Shown here piece after piece: positions 1-8,791 of a stretch of 64,000 nucleotides of DNA. Position numbers and translations under genes: made by a program. The stretch's first letter is position 1. Each line of letters opens with the position of its first letter. The notes beneath the pieces are model-generated. The model was given only the letters and a program-made list of their open reading frames with translations. It was not told the DNA's origin and made no database searches. The DNA comes from a virus: positions 32,828 through 96,827 of IMG/VR virus record IMGVR_UViG_3300025117_000049; one strand, written 5' to 3'.

Positions 1-314
1 CCATGATCAAGGTTGGTCCGGTTCCCATCCAGGAAGAACACAGACCACCTGGGCGGTTCCAGCAGACAATACCCCAGGGCCATTTCGGCCACGGCCATCT
101 CAGATGGTATGTAAACGGTGCCAGCCCGGACGGCCCATGGATGACCTGGAGCATAGGTGCGGCCCCTGTTAGAACCAGGCTCACCAGCTGTTACACCACC
201 TTTCCAATGGTTGGCCTCGGCCCTGGTCTTTCCCCGCCAGTAATGTCCCCGCCGCCAGTGCGACCCGGTCCTGACTGCCTCACCACAGCCGCATTCACAG
301 GTTTTGATGATCAT

Positions 315-779
315 TCATTGTCCCTTATGGATTAACCGCAGGGCCTCGTCGTCAGAGATATCCTCTACGGCTTCATAGAATCTCTGGGCTGCTCCGTGAC
401 CACAAGGCAAAGTCATGACCGGATTAGCCAGAGAAAAAGGCACAAAATCATAGTAGGCCACTCGCCCACATATACGGCATTTTACCCATTGTCTTTTAAA
501 ACCTGATAATACTGGTGGGAATCCCATATCTGATATTTCTGAGATTTCTACCCTATCTCCAGCCGGCCCCTCCAGGGCGTTCTGCTCATTGGCAAACCCG
601 CACCGGTCACAGCCATCTCCTGGAAGCAGATACCGCCAATCCTCCTTGCAGGCACACTTTAGCAACCGGAAATAATGTAAATGACAGTAGAGCCTGCCGT
701 TGGCGATGTCCATGCCCGGCTCGTCACATCCGGCTGCCGAGCATGGCCCTAATGCATCAGCCCATCTTTTCTTGCTCAT
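315..779 (-). CDS. hypothetical Cys-rich (Zn-finger-like) protein
   Basis: 154 aa ORF with several CxxC motifs; GGAGG RBS and TATAAT motif upstream. Confidence 0.6.
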   Translation of the reverse strand: MSKKRWADALGPCSAAGCDEPGMDIANGRLYCHLHYFRLLKCACKEDWRYLLPGDGCDRCGFANEQNALEGPAGDRVEISEISDMGFPPVLSGFKRQWVKCRICGRVAYYDFVPFSLANPVMTLPCGHGAAQRFYEAVEDISDDEALRLIHKGQ

Positions 780-782
780 AGA

Positions 783-810
783 ACTCCCTCCTTATGCCCT
801 TATTATAGCC
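783..810 (-). promoter_or_regulatory. TATAAT-containing promoter/RBS motif (copy 1 of 4)
   Basis: minus strand GGCTATAATAAGGGCATAAGGAGG; similar sequences at 1849, 60436 and 62089. Confidence 0.5.
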
Positions 811-883
811 CATTCTGCATCATATCTAAAATAATTAATTATTTATTTTGGCCCAGAATTTGTATTCTGGCCAAAAATTAATA

Positions 884-923
884 TTAGGGGTTTAGTCAGA
901 ATTAATTTATAATAAATTTCAAC
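884..923 (+). promoter_or_regulatory. putative late promoter (degenerate copy)
   Basis: TTAGGGGTTTAGTCAGAATTAATTTATAATAAATTTCAAC matches the motif at 6777, 13894 and 35599; lies upstream of TerS. Confidence 0.55.
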
Positions 924-961
924 CAGAATTAATTATTGATGAACTATAATGGAACAGACCC

Positions 962-1840
962 ATGAGCAAGATACCCTATATGGAAGAACCAAAGAAACGT
1001 GGCCGCAAGCCCGGCAGCAAGAACAAACCAGGCCATAATGCGGGCAGACCCAGAAACGGTAACGGCAACGGAAGATCATATGGGGCGGTGGCGCCTAAGC
1101 AAAGTAACTCCTTGTCCAGGCAGAAATTACCCCCTACAACCGATTCTAAGCCTGTGTACGCCAATGATATGCCTAAGCCTGGCCCTATCCCAGGTAACCC
1201 CTTATCCCATCCTGTCCGGGTGGCATACGACACCCCTATGCCTCCGCAGCCTCCAGGCCAAGCCCCTCCCCCACAAGCCCCTGCTGGAGGCAATGGCAGT
1301 GGTAACGGTAATGTCCGCAAGCCCAGGATATGTGACAATCCGTTACCCAACCTGCCAGCCAAGGCGCTGCCGGCACCACCAGCTGGCTATAAGGTGATGG
1401 AGGCAGTAGCCCAGGCCGGATTGAATCCAGATTTGATCACTCCCGAGGAATTGCTCCAGGAGATAAAATACTTGTCCCTTAGTGACATAGCCGACTGGCC
1501 TGATTGTCCTGAATCATTCAAGGCCGCCCCGGTTGGGTTTCGCAGATCCATATCATCCCTGCAAGTGACCAAGACTGTGCATACATCCAAGGACGGGGCT
1601 ATCACCGAAACTGAACAAACCAAATTCACCTTGTGGAGCAAGCCCACTGCCCATGACCAGCTTATGAAATGGCACGGCCTCTATGCCAAAGACAAGACCC
1701 CGATCAACGCCCAGTTCAATCAATACAACCAGATGAACATTAGTGGCTGGGACCTGTCGAAACTGGGTGAGGACGAGATAGAGTTATTGCTGGACTTGAA
1801 GCGTCGGGCCGTCCTTGACCTGGAGGCACAGGCCAGTTAA
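962..1840 (+). CDS. terminase small subunit with long Pro/Gly/Asn-rich N-terminus
   Basis: C-terminal ELLQEIKYLSLSDIADW...RRSISSLQV...KFTLWSKPTAHDQLMKWHGLY resembles the Terminase_2 oligomerisation region; first gene of the late arm. Confidence 0.65.
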   Translation: MSKIPYMEEPKKRGRKPGSKNKPGHNAGRPRNGNGNGRSYGAVAPKQSNSLSRQKLPPTTDSKPVYANDMPKPGPIPGNPLSHPVRVAYDTPMPPQPPGQAPPPQAPAGGNGSGNGNVRKPRICDNPLPNLPAKALPAPPAGYKVMEAVAQAGLNPDLITPEELLQEIKYLSLSDIADWPDCPESFKAAPVGFRRSISSLQVTKTVHTSKDGAITETEQTKFTLWSKPTAHDQLMKWHGLYAKDKTPINAQFNQYNQMNISGWDLSKLGEDEIELLLDLKRRAVLDLEAQAS

Positions 1841-1848
1841 GGCCAGGC

Positions 1849-1878
1849 GGCCTATAATAAAGCATAGGTGGAAGGAGA
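1849..1878 (+). promoter_or_regulatory. TATAAT-containing promoter/RBS motif
   Basis: GGCCTATAATAAAGCATAGGTGGAAGGAGA directly before ATG 1885. Confidence 0.45.
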
Positions 1879-1884
1879 TAAACC

Positions 1885-2124
1885 ATGAAAAACGAATGGG
1901 TCATTTGTCCTAATTGTAAAGAACCTATAGTCCTTGAAGATAAAAGCCATTTTATATCTCAGGCATCTATGGTGAAGTTGGAAGAAAGTGGCATTGCGGA
2001 AAAAGTTTATTACAAAGAAACCCCAGAACTTTTTTCTTATTCCGTAGCTGGAATAATTCACGTCTGGAATGGCCGCAACTGGCGCAAGACCACTCAAAAA
2101 TTTGATCCAGAAAGATATATTTGA
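1885..2124 (+). CDS. hypothetical small CxxC protein
   Basis: RBS GGAGA; N-terminus similar to ORF 49320..49601. Confidence 0.6.
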   Translation: MKNEWVICPNCKEPIVLEDKSHFISQASMVKLEESGIAEKVYYKETPELFSYSVAGIIHVWNGRNWRKTTQKFDPERYI

Positions 2125-2139
2125 TGAAAAGGGAACAAT

Positions 2140-2454
2140 ATGAAAATTGGTGTTTGTTATAGAGGGGAGGTCGGCGGTTTTATCACTGCCGAAGATTACG
2201 ATGAAGCCATCAATAATCTTATGGAAGCTAAGAAGCAACTTAAACCGGATGGAAACTCCTGTCTGATTTGTGGTGCTAGTTGCCATCAAGCATGGGAGTG
2301 CCATCATAACCCCCTGGTGATGGCACGCAGGACTGCAAAGGAATTGGCAACCTACAGGTGTTTCTATTGTGGTCAATCCTTTACCGACCTTAATGATGCA
2401 AAAGAGCATTTTGGCTCACGAGGCGAAAGAGAACGTCCGGCTTGTGAAGGTTAA
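2140..2454 (+). CDS. hypothetical Zn-finger protein
   Basis: CLICG..CH..WECHHNP and CFYCG...HF motifs. Confidence 0.6.
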   Translation: MKIGVCYRGEVGGFITAEDYDEAINNLMEAKKQLKPDGNSCLICGASCHQAWECHHNPLVMARRTAKELATYRCFYCGQSFTDLNDAKEHFGSRGERERPACEG

Positions 2455-2707
2455 TCGACTCCCGGCACCTCCACCAATTTTCAGGAGACCAAATCATGTC
2501 TTTATTTTACTGGATTATTGCTGGCGCAGGATTTTTGGTGGGATTTATTGTCTACTGTCTTTGTATTATATCTAGCCGTTGTTCTAGGCAAGAGGAAGCC
2601 CTGGAGCAGCGGTTGTTGGATAATGGACTGTGAAACGGAGGAACAATGAATAATCGTGATATTAACTCAGGGTTGGCGCCCCCGGCTGCCTACTGCTGAA
2701 AGCCGTT

Positions 2708-3193
2708 TTGCTTTGCGCCTTATTCACTGCTTCAATTTTAGTTCCAGTCCCGGCCAGCCAACCCACCCCTGCAGTCAGCTACATTGGCCCGCACTCAGGG
2801 GTGAAGCGCCCGGACTGGATCACCTTTACTGCCGCTATGGCAAAGCATTATCAGGTCAGGCCAGAGTTTGCTCTGGGAGTGGCCTTCGCCGAATCGAGCA
2901 AGGGTCGGGCTGATTTCAGGTTTGGCCGCGTGGGCAGATACTGGCTCCCCTGGGGAATTCACAACTATGTGGTCAAGGAGCGTGGGTGGCCAGTCTGGGA
3001 TATCTACGTACAGACCGAGGTGGCCATTCGGGCGCTGTCTGATCATATGGCCAGGGCCAAGCGCAGGCACCCTGGAATATCTACTAGCAGGGCTGAGGAA
3101 TTGGCCTTGCGCAAATACAATGCTTCATTCAATTCTGGCTATCTCAGGCGGGTCCGAGAGGGCGAACGCAGGTTTAGGAGTATGGTGAAATGA
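2708..3193 (+). CDS. lytic transglycosylase (SLT)-like protein
   Basis: hydrophobic N-terminus, FALGVAFAES catalytic-Glu motif, LALRKYN motif; start codon uncertain. Confidence 0.55.
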   Translation: MLCALFTASILVPVPASQPTPAVSYIGPHSGVKRPDWITFTAAMAKHYQVRPEFALGVAFAESSKGRADFRFGRVGRYWLPWGIHNYVVKERGWPVWDIYVQTEVAIRALSDHMARAKRRHPGISTSRAEELALRKYNASFNSGYLRRVREGERRFRSMVK

Positions 3194-3408
3194 AGGTTAT
3201 TTTTGATAATCTCCGTGAATTTAACTTGGCCAGGGACAGTTTTCTGTCTCAGGAACTGTTTATGGCTAAAATAACGAGGCTGGATTTTTCCAGGGATTTT
3301 GACCATCCTAATGAATTTAATGCAACCGGGGAAATGACTCCAGCTGATCAGAGGGCTGCAGAACAAATTATTAAGGATGATGCTTCTCCCATAGGTTCTG
3401 ATTGGTAA
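3190..3408 (+). CDS. hypothetical protein
   Basis: ATGA overlap with upstream gene; abuts the sigma gene. Confidence 0.5.
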   Translation: MKVIFDNLREFNLARDSFLSQELFMAKITRLDFSRDFDHPNEFNATGEMTPADQRAAEQIIKDDASPIGSDW

Positions 3409-4029
3409 ATGAGCCAAGATCATCCTTATATTCCAGCGACCAGGCCGGCCAGCAAGGAAGAGGCGGTCATGCTCTATGGCCCGTTTGTCGGTCACTGGGC
3501 CAACCATTATATGGCCAATTCCCCAGACGGTCTGCGTAACCTTGATGATCTGGTCCAAGATGGATGGTTGGGAGTCTTGGCCGCCTGGGATGACTATGAT
3601 CCGGCTAGGGGCATGACATTCCGCACCTACGCTACATATAAGATTCGCTGGGCCATATTCAATGGCGCTAGGGAAATGGATAGAAATACAGCCCGTCTGT
3701 ATGCGCAGAAGGTTCGGGGTACCGACAAGCCGGAGTATTATGCCCTGTTCAATCCTGTCAGACTGGATGACCCGCGATATGATGCTATGCAGGTTGCAGA
3801 GGAAGGCTCCAGTGCCCATGAGCAGACGGCCGCAGACGAATCATTCAGGGTCATGCTCTCCTTCATTCGCAAGCCCAGGATCAGGTGGGTCCTGGACCAG
3901 TATTACCGGGCCTGCCGTACCCTGAATGACATTGGGATTGACCTTGGGGTGTCCAGGGAGCGGGCGCGGCAGTTGTTGGTCCAGGGCCATGATGCGATCA
4001 GGACAAAACTGGAAAGGCAAAGAAAATGA
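3409..4029 (+). CDS. sigma-70 family (FliA/WhiG-like) RNA polymerase sigma factor
   Basis: region 2 DDLVQDGWLGVLAAWDDYDPARGMTFRTYATYKIRWAI; region 4 TLNDIGIDLGVSRERARQL. Confidence 0.9.
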   Translation: MSQDHPYIPATRPASKEEAVMLYGPFVGHWANHYMANSPDGLRNLDDLVQDGWLGVLAAWDDYDPARGMTFRTYATYKIRWAIFNGAREMDRNTARLYAQKVRGTDKPEYYALFNPVRLDDPRYDAMQVAEEGSSAHEQTAADESFRVMLSFIRKPRIRWVLDQYYRACRTLNDIGIDLGVSRERARQLLVQGHDAIRTKLERQRK

Positions 4030-4136
4030 TTTTTTATGTTTATTGCCTTCGTAGGCCAGATAAGGCAGACCTATTTGATCCAGCTAAAAACCAACCTTTT
4101 TACATAGGTAAGGAATCTATCAGGATAGCCTATTAA
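4026..4136 (+). pseudogene. truncated GIY-YIG homing endonuclease remnant (36 aa)
   Basis: MIFYVYCLRRPDKADLFDPAKNQPFYIGKE aligns with FYLYFLRRPDKIDPLDLSKGQPFYVGKG of ORF 7862. Confidence 0.75.
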
Positions 4137-4149
4137 AAAAAGGAAACAA

Positions 4150-4953
4150 ATGTTATTGATTGATATGAATAATCTATGCATGCGAGAGGCATTCGCCAAG
4201 GCCGGCCTGACCCACCACGGCCGACCCAGCGGAGTCATATATGGGTCACTCCAACAGCTCCGATTGCTTATGGGCCGTTTCCCGGGCGAGATCATATGCT
4301 GCTGGGATGCCCCTCGCAAATCCCTGCGCCGGAGACAATTCTGGGCTGGATACAAGGCTAATCGTGAAGGCAAGGAACCATCAGAGGCTGCTGAGGACGC
4401 ATATCCCCAGATGGTTATGCTGAGGCAAGAACTGCTACCCCGCTTGGGCCTGCCCAACCAATTCCTGCAGGATGGCTATGAAGCGGATGATTTAATAGCC
4501 TATATGGCCAGAGAATCGTTTTATTGGGTTGACGGGCACAGGTTCGTCATTGCCTCTTCGGACAACGACCTGTACCAACTACTGGGCCCACGGATTTCCG
4601 TCTATGATTTGGGGAAAAAAGCCAACTACAGTTGGCAGAATCTGAAAGAAAACCATGGGGTATTGCCGGGCCAATGGGCGGAGGTCAAAGCCATTGCCGG
4701 AGATTCCTCTGATGGGATTGATGGCGTGCCTGGAGTTGGGATCAAGACGGCGGTGAAATATCTTCATGGGCAGGCAGGAGCCAAGGCAGTGGCCAAGGTC
4801 CAGGCCGCTACCGACATTATAGTCCGCAACCGCAAATTGATAATCCTGCCTTGGCCTGGTTGCGATCCTGGTCCGGTTCAGACCTCTCAATTTGATGAGC
4901 GGGAGTTCATGCGGATCTGTGCCGAGTGGGGGATCAGGAGTTTAGATAGATAA
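4150..4953 (+). CDS. 5'-3' exonuclease / flap endonuclease (PolI N-terminal or T5 D15-like)
   Basis: LLID, CWD, YKANR, YEADD, SSDNDLYQL, GDSSDGIDGVPGVGIKTA motifs. Confidence 0.93.
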   Translation: MLLIDMNNLCMREAFAKAGLTHHGRPSGVIYGSLQQLRLLMGRFPGEIICCWDAPRKSLRRRQFWAGYKANREGKEPSEAAEDAYPQMVMLRQELLPRLGLPNQFLQDGYEADDLIAYMARESFYWVDGHRFVIASSDNDLYQLLGPRISVYDLGKKANYSWQNLKENHGVLPGQWAEVKAIAGDSSDGIDGVPGVGIKTAVKYLHGQAGAKAVAKVQAATDIIVRNRKLIILPWPGCDPGPVQTSQFDEREFMRICAEWGIRSLDR

Positions 4954-4954
4954 G

Positions 4955-6472
4955 ATGTCCTCTGCCCAACCCCAACCAACACCCCAGCTCCCCAGTGAAG
5001 GTGAATTACTTCGGGAGTTGTGCAATCGCAGCTTCCATCGCTTCCTCCGGGAGTTCTGGTCTACAATCTGCCATGACCAATTCCAGGACAACTGGCATAT
5101 CCAATATCTCTGCAAAGAACTCCAACAGGTGGCCGAGCGGGTGGCCAACAGGGAACCAAACCCGTTTGATCTGATCATTAATGTCCCGCCTGGCACTACC
5201 AAGAGTATTGTCTGCTCGGTAATGTTCCCGGTCTGGTGCTGGACCAAGTGGCCATGGATGCGTTTCTTGACCTTCAGCTACAACCAGCAGGTGGCCATCA
5301 AGTCTGCCGACGGTTCCAAAAAGATCATTGAGTCAAGACTATTTCAGTCAGTCTACCCGGATATCCGCCTGCGCAAGGGCAAGGAGGGTGTGACTGACTA
5401 TGAGATCAGCATCCTTGGTCAATATGGCTGGGACCCGGCCGGTGGCGGTAGGTTCAGTTCATCCGTGGGTGGTTCAGGCACGGCCTTTCATGGGGACATC
5501 CTGATACCGGACGATCCCCTGAACGCAGAACAATCGTTTAGCTCACAGGAGTTGATGACTACCAACAGGTGGGTGGACCAGACGTTGCCCACACGCAAGA
5601 CGAACAAGGCTGTATCAGCCACTATATGGATTCAGCAGCGGCTTCATGAGATCGACCCGTCTGGCCATTTACTATCCAAAAAGAAATTGAAGATCAAACA
5701 TATCTGCCTGCCGGCCGACATCTCTGATCCATTATATGCCAACCTGGTTAGCCCTCCCGAACTGAAGCAATATTACAAGGACGGCCTGCTGGACCCAGTG
5801 CGTCTGGATCGCCAGACCATTCAGGACCTGGAGGAACGCCTGGGCCAATACGGAGCAGCCGCCCAGCTTGGCCAGAATCCCTCTCCGCCGGAAGGGGGTA
5901 TGTTCAAAGTCGACCGCTTTGTGATGGTTGATCGTATGCCGCCCGATGTTAGCGTGATCAAGACCGTCCGCTACTGGGATAAGGCAGGAACTGATCCAAC
6001 CAAAGAGAAAAACCAGGAGCCCGCCTACACCGTGGGGGTCAAGATGTCTTTGATCGCCAATGGAAAGTACCTGGTGTCGGATGTGGTTCGTGGCCGCTGG
6101 TCGGCTGAGGATCGAGAGGACATGATCCTGGCCACGGCCCAGGCAGACGGCAAGGACGTGGAGGTATGGACTGAGCAGGAGCCCGGTTCTGGAGGAAAGG
6201 AATCAGCTGAATTTACTGTGCGCAACCTGGCTGGGTTCTCCATCAGGGCGGAGCGGCCTGTGGGTAACAAGGTGGCCCGGGCTGATACGTTCTCTGTCCA
6301 GGTGAATCGCTACAATGTCATGCTGCTTAAAGGAGAGTGGAATCAGGAGTTCAAGGGCGAATATGGGTTCTTCCCCAATAGCAAGTTCAAGGATCAGGTG
6401 GATGCTGGGGCTGGGGCGTTTGGTAAGCTGGCGGTGCGCAAGCAGGTTCGGCTGTTGAGTCGGAGTAGATGA
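4955..6472 (+). CDS. terminase large subunit
   Basis: IINVPPGTTKS Walker A, ILIPDDP Walker B, QQRLH, nuclease WDKAG / EQEPG / DQVDA. Confidence 0.95.
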   Translation: MSSAQPQPTPQLPSEGELLRELCNRSFHRFLREFWSTICHDQFQDNWHIQYLCKELQQVAERVANREPNPFDLIINVPPGTTKSIVCSVMFPVWCWTKWPWMRFLTFSYNQQVAIKSADGSKKIIESRLFQSVYPDIRLRKGKEGVTDYEISILGQYGWDPAGGGRFSSSVGGSGTAFHGDILIPDDPLNAEQSFSSQELMTTNRWVDQTLPTRKTNKAVSATIWIQQRLHEIDPSGHLLSKKKLKIKHICLPADISDPLYANLVSPPELKQYYKDGLLDPVRLDRQTIQDLEERLGQYGAAAQLGQNPSPPEGGMFKVDRFVMVDRMPPDVSVIKTVRYWDKAGTDPTKEKNQEPAYTVGVKMSLIANGKYLVSDVVRGRWSAEDREDMILATAQADGKDVEVWTEQEPGSGGKESAEFTVRNLAGFSIRAERPVGNKVARADTFSVQVNRYNVMLLKGEWNQEFKGEYGFFPNSKFKDQVDAGAGAFGKLAVRKQVRLLSRSR

Positions 6473-6490
6473 CATGAAGCGAGGAAAATT

Positions 6491-6715
6491 ATGACCATGT
6501 ATCATGAACCCATATTGGGTAAACCGGGACCGGTAGAAAAACCCATTTGCGTAGTTTGTAGCGGTGTTTTACAACCAAAGATGAAAACAGTTTTTAATCA
6601 TTTCATGGGGCCTCCCATTATTGGACCAGGCAGTCGAGAGCAATATGATACTATCCAAGATGGGTGGACTTGTCAAAAATGTGGACTTCATTATGATTTT
6701 CCTCCTCAGAAATAG
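6491..6715 (+). CDS. hypothetical Zn-ribbon protein
   Basis: CVVC...CQKC; GAGG RBS. Confidence 0.55.
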   Translation: MTMYHEPILGKPGPVEKPICVVCSGVLQPKMKTVFNHFMGPPIIGPGSREQYDTIQDGWTCQKCGLHYDFPPQK

Positions 6716-6736
6716 AAGTTAAGACGAACGATGATT

Positions 6737-6774
6737 TTGGGCCGGGGCCATCAACAACCCCGGCCAATTTTTTT
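6737..6774 (+). terminator. rho-independent terminator
   Basis: GGCCGGGG-N10-CCCCGGCC stem followed by a T-run. Confidence 0.7.
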
Positions 6775-6776
6775 AT

Positions 6777-6815
6777 TTAGGGGTTTTGGCCCGGAATATT
6801 TATAATTAATTCAAC
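6777..6815 (+). promoter_or_regulatory. putative late promoter
   Basis: TTAGGGGTTTTGGCCCGGAATATTTATAATTAATTCAAC; near-identical copies at 13894 and 35599. Confidence 0.7.
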
Positions 6816-6860
6816 AAGAGGGCCGAGCCCAATGAACCCCCCGGATGAACCCTGACTAAG

Positions 6861-7508
6861 ATGGAAGATAAACGATCAGGACTGCATATTTATCGCAGCG
6901 GATATGCAGAATATTCTAATCCTTGCCACAACCCTGCTGGGCCTGGCGGTGGACAGTTCTGTGGGGGTGGGAGTGAGGGCAGGAGAAATTCAAATTCATC
7001 TGAATGGAAGCCATCTATGACTAAGGCCGAGGCTGAGAAATTTATTGAGGGGAGCAAATATACAGACAATGTTTATCATATGACTCTTTCGAAAGATACG
7101 GCCAAATCTATTGCTAAAAACGGGTTTGATCTTGAACGGGTTGTGTATGGACGCATGTGGGGTGATGGTGTTTATGCTGCATTAGATGTCAAGAGCGCCA
7201 ATCTTTATAGACATTCGGGCCGTGTTTCTTTAACAATGAAAATTAAAGTAGAAAATCCATATGTGGTTAAAAATGAAAAAGAATTAAACCATTTGATTTA
7301 TAAATCAGACATAGCAAAAAGAGCTTCACAATTAGAAGGCCCTGGAGTTGGGGCAGGAGCTGCTCTTGCCTTGGCAATGAAAGAAAAAGGGCACGACTCT
7401 TTTATTATTGATATGAGAGGTGGTCCTCGTTATGGAGGCCTTGAACAACGGGGCGGAAATCAGATTGTAGTTTTTGATCCTAAAAAAGTGGTGGTGATTA
7501 AAAAATGA
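6861..7508 (+). CDS. NPCH-tagged ADP-ribosyltransferase-fold protein (PARP/ART-PolyVal-like)
   Basis: VYHMT...SIAKNGFD...WGDGVYAA...A.LY...KVENPY...GHDS...QIVVFDP; N-terminal NPCHNPAGPGGGQFC tag. Confidence 0.75.
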   Translation: MEDKRSGLHIYRSGYAEYSNPCHNPAGPGGGQFCGGGSEGRRNSNSSEWKPSMTKAEAEKFIEGSKYTDNVYHMTLSKDTAKSIAKNGFDLERVVYGRMWGDGVYAALDVKSANLYRHSGRVSLTMKIKVENPYVVKNEKELNHLIYKSDIAKRASQLEGPGVGAGAALALAMKEKGHDSFIIDMRGGPRYGGLEQRGGNQIVVFDPKKVVVIKK

Positions 7509-7708
7509 GCCAGCAAAAAGGCTGTCCAACTTGTACTCATGTCGAAGGAATAACAGGAAAATGCAAAGCCTTTCCTAATGGCATTCCTGTGGTATTCACT
7601 TCTGGCCAATTCCTTCATGACAAGGTAGTTGAAGGACAGGTCGGTGATTTTGTTTATCAAAAAGCCCCTCAACAAACCTATCAAGTATATCGGGTTCCTC
7701 AGGAGTAG
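7505..7708 (+). CDS. small Cys-rich CxxCxH...CxAFPxGIP protein, candidate immunity/partner protein
   Basis: ATGA-coupled to the ART gene; CPTCTH...CKAFPNGIP...H motif. Confidence 0.65.
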   Translation: MSQQKGCPTCTHVEGITGKCKAFPNGIPVVFTSGQFLHDKVVEGQVGDFVYQKAPQQTYQVYRVPQE

Positions 7709-7711
7709 TAT

Positions 7712-7858
7712 ATGGCTGCCAACCCCACCCCATTGAAGAAACCGACCGCCCATGGCGCCCAGGTGTCCAACATTTTGGAACTCATGGCCAACTCCGCCAT
7801 CCTGACCCGTGCCCAGCTCGCCTCCAACCTGGGGCTTGCTTTCGGCGGGAAAATTTGA
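7712..7858 (+). pseudogene. orphaned original portal N-terminus (48 aa)
   Basis: HGAQVSNILELMANSAILTRAQLASNLGLAFGG aligns with portal YGAKVNNIFELAAYSAILGRAQLASVLGQSFEG; AGGAG RBS. Confidence 0.85.
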
Positions 7859-7861
7859 CCC

Positions 7862-8791
7862 ATGGCTAAGAGAATTGCCTATGATACTCCTGCTCCAAAG
7901 CCTCAGTGTCAAGATTCCTTGAGAACAGATTTCTATCTCTATTTCTTGAGGCGGCCCGATAAAATCGATCCTCTTGATCTGTCCAAGGGTCAGCCATTCT
8001 ATGTCGGCAAGGGCTGTAATGGGAGAGTTGGAGGGCATAGAGTCGAAGCGAGAAGCTTATTGCATAAACCTGGTAGAAAATCACATAAAATTAATATCAT
8101 TCATAAACTATGGAAACAAGGTTTAGATTTTCAGGAAGATATTATTCTTAACTGCTTATCAGATGATGATGCTATTGCTTTAGAAATTGCTGCTATCGAA
8201 CAATATGGTCGTAAAGACAATGGCACAGGTATATTGGCCAACCTGACTGATGGTGGAGAGGGAGTATCTGGGCGGTTAGGTTTAATTATGACTTCTGAAG
8301 CAAAAGAGAGAATGAGAGTAGCAAAATTAGGCAAAAAATTACCTCCATTTTCAGAAGGACACAAAGAGAAAATAAGACAAGCCAATTTAAGGGAAAATCT
8401 TTCTCCGGAAACTCTTGAAAAGAGAAGCAAGGCCCATTTAGGAAAAAAACTTACGCCAGAACATGTAGAAAAAATGAGACAAACTCTAAAGGGGCGTAAA
8501 CGTTCTCCAGAAGCAGTTGAAAAAACAAGGCAAGCAAATTTAGGAAGACCTTGCTCTCCTGAGAAAAAAGAGAAGCTAAGACAAGCCAACCTCGGAAAAA
8601 AACATAGTCCAGAAAGAATCGAAAGAAATAGACAAATCCAGCTTATAGTGCAAAATACCCCAGAGGCAATAGAAAGAAATAGACAAGCTCATTTAGGAAA
8701 GAGACACACTCCTGAAACAAAAGAGAAGTTAAGACAGATTCAATTGTTACGCCGCCAGCGAGAAAGGGAGGCCAGGAATGGCAGTCAATAA
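7862..8791 (+). mobile_element. free-standing GIY-YIG homing endonuclease with NUMOD3 repeats
   Basis: FYLY...PFYVGKG..GR...A.ALE..AI..YGR...G.LANLTDGGEG, then repeated S/TPE..EK.RQA.LGK; AT-rich. Confidence 0.88.

Noticed and set aside
157-294. Another tRNA-like element on the minus strand (TGCGGC/GCCGCA stem with CCTG-GTTCTAA-CAGG hairpin)
   Set aside because: The hairpin is only 4 bp and lacks the GCCGG/CCGGC signature; it could be chance in GC-rich DNA.
8290-8740. Novel tandem repeat protein
   Set aside because: These are ordinary NUMOD3-type DNA-binding repeats of a GIY-YIG endonuclease.
7858-8791. Group I intron interrupting the portal
   Set aside because: Only 3 nt separate the orphan exon from the endonuclease ATG and the endonuclease overlaps the new portal start, so there is no space for a ribozyme core. 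The N-terminus is duplicated rather than split.
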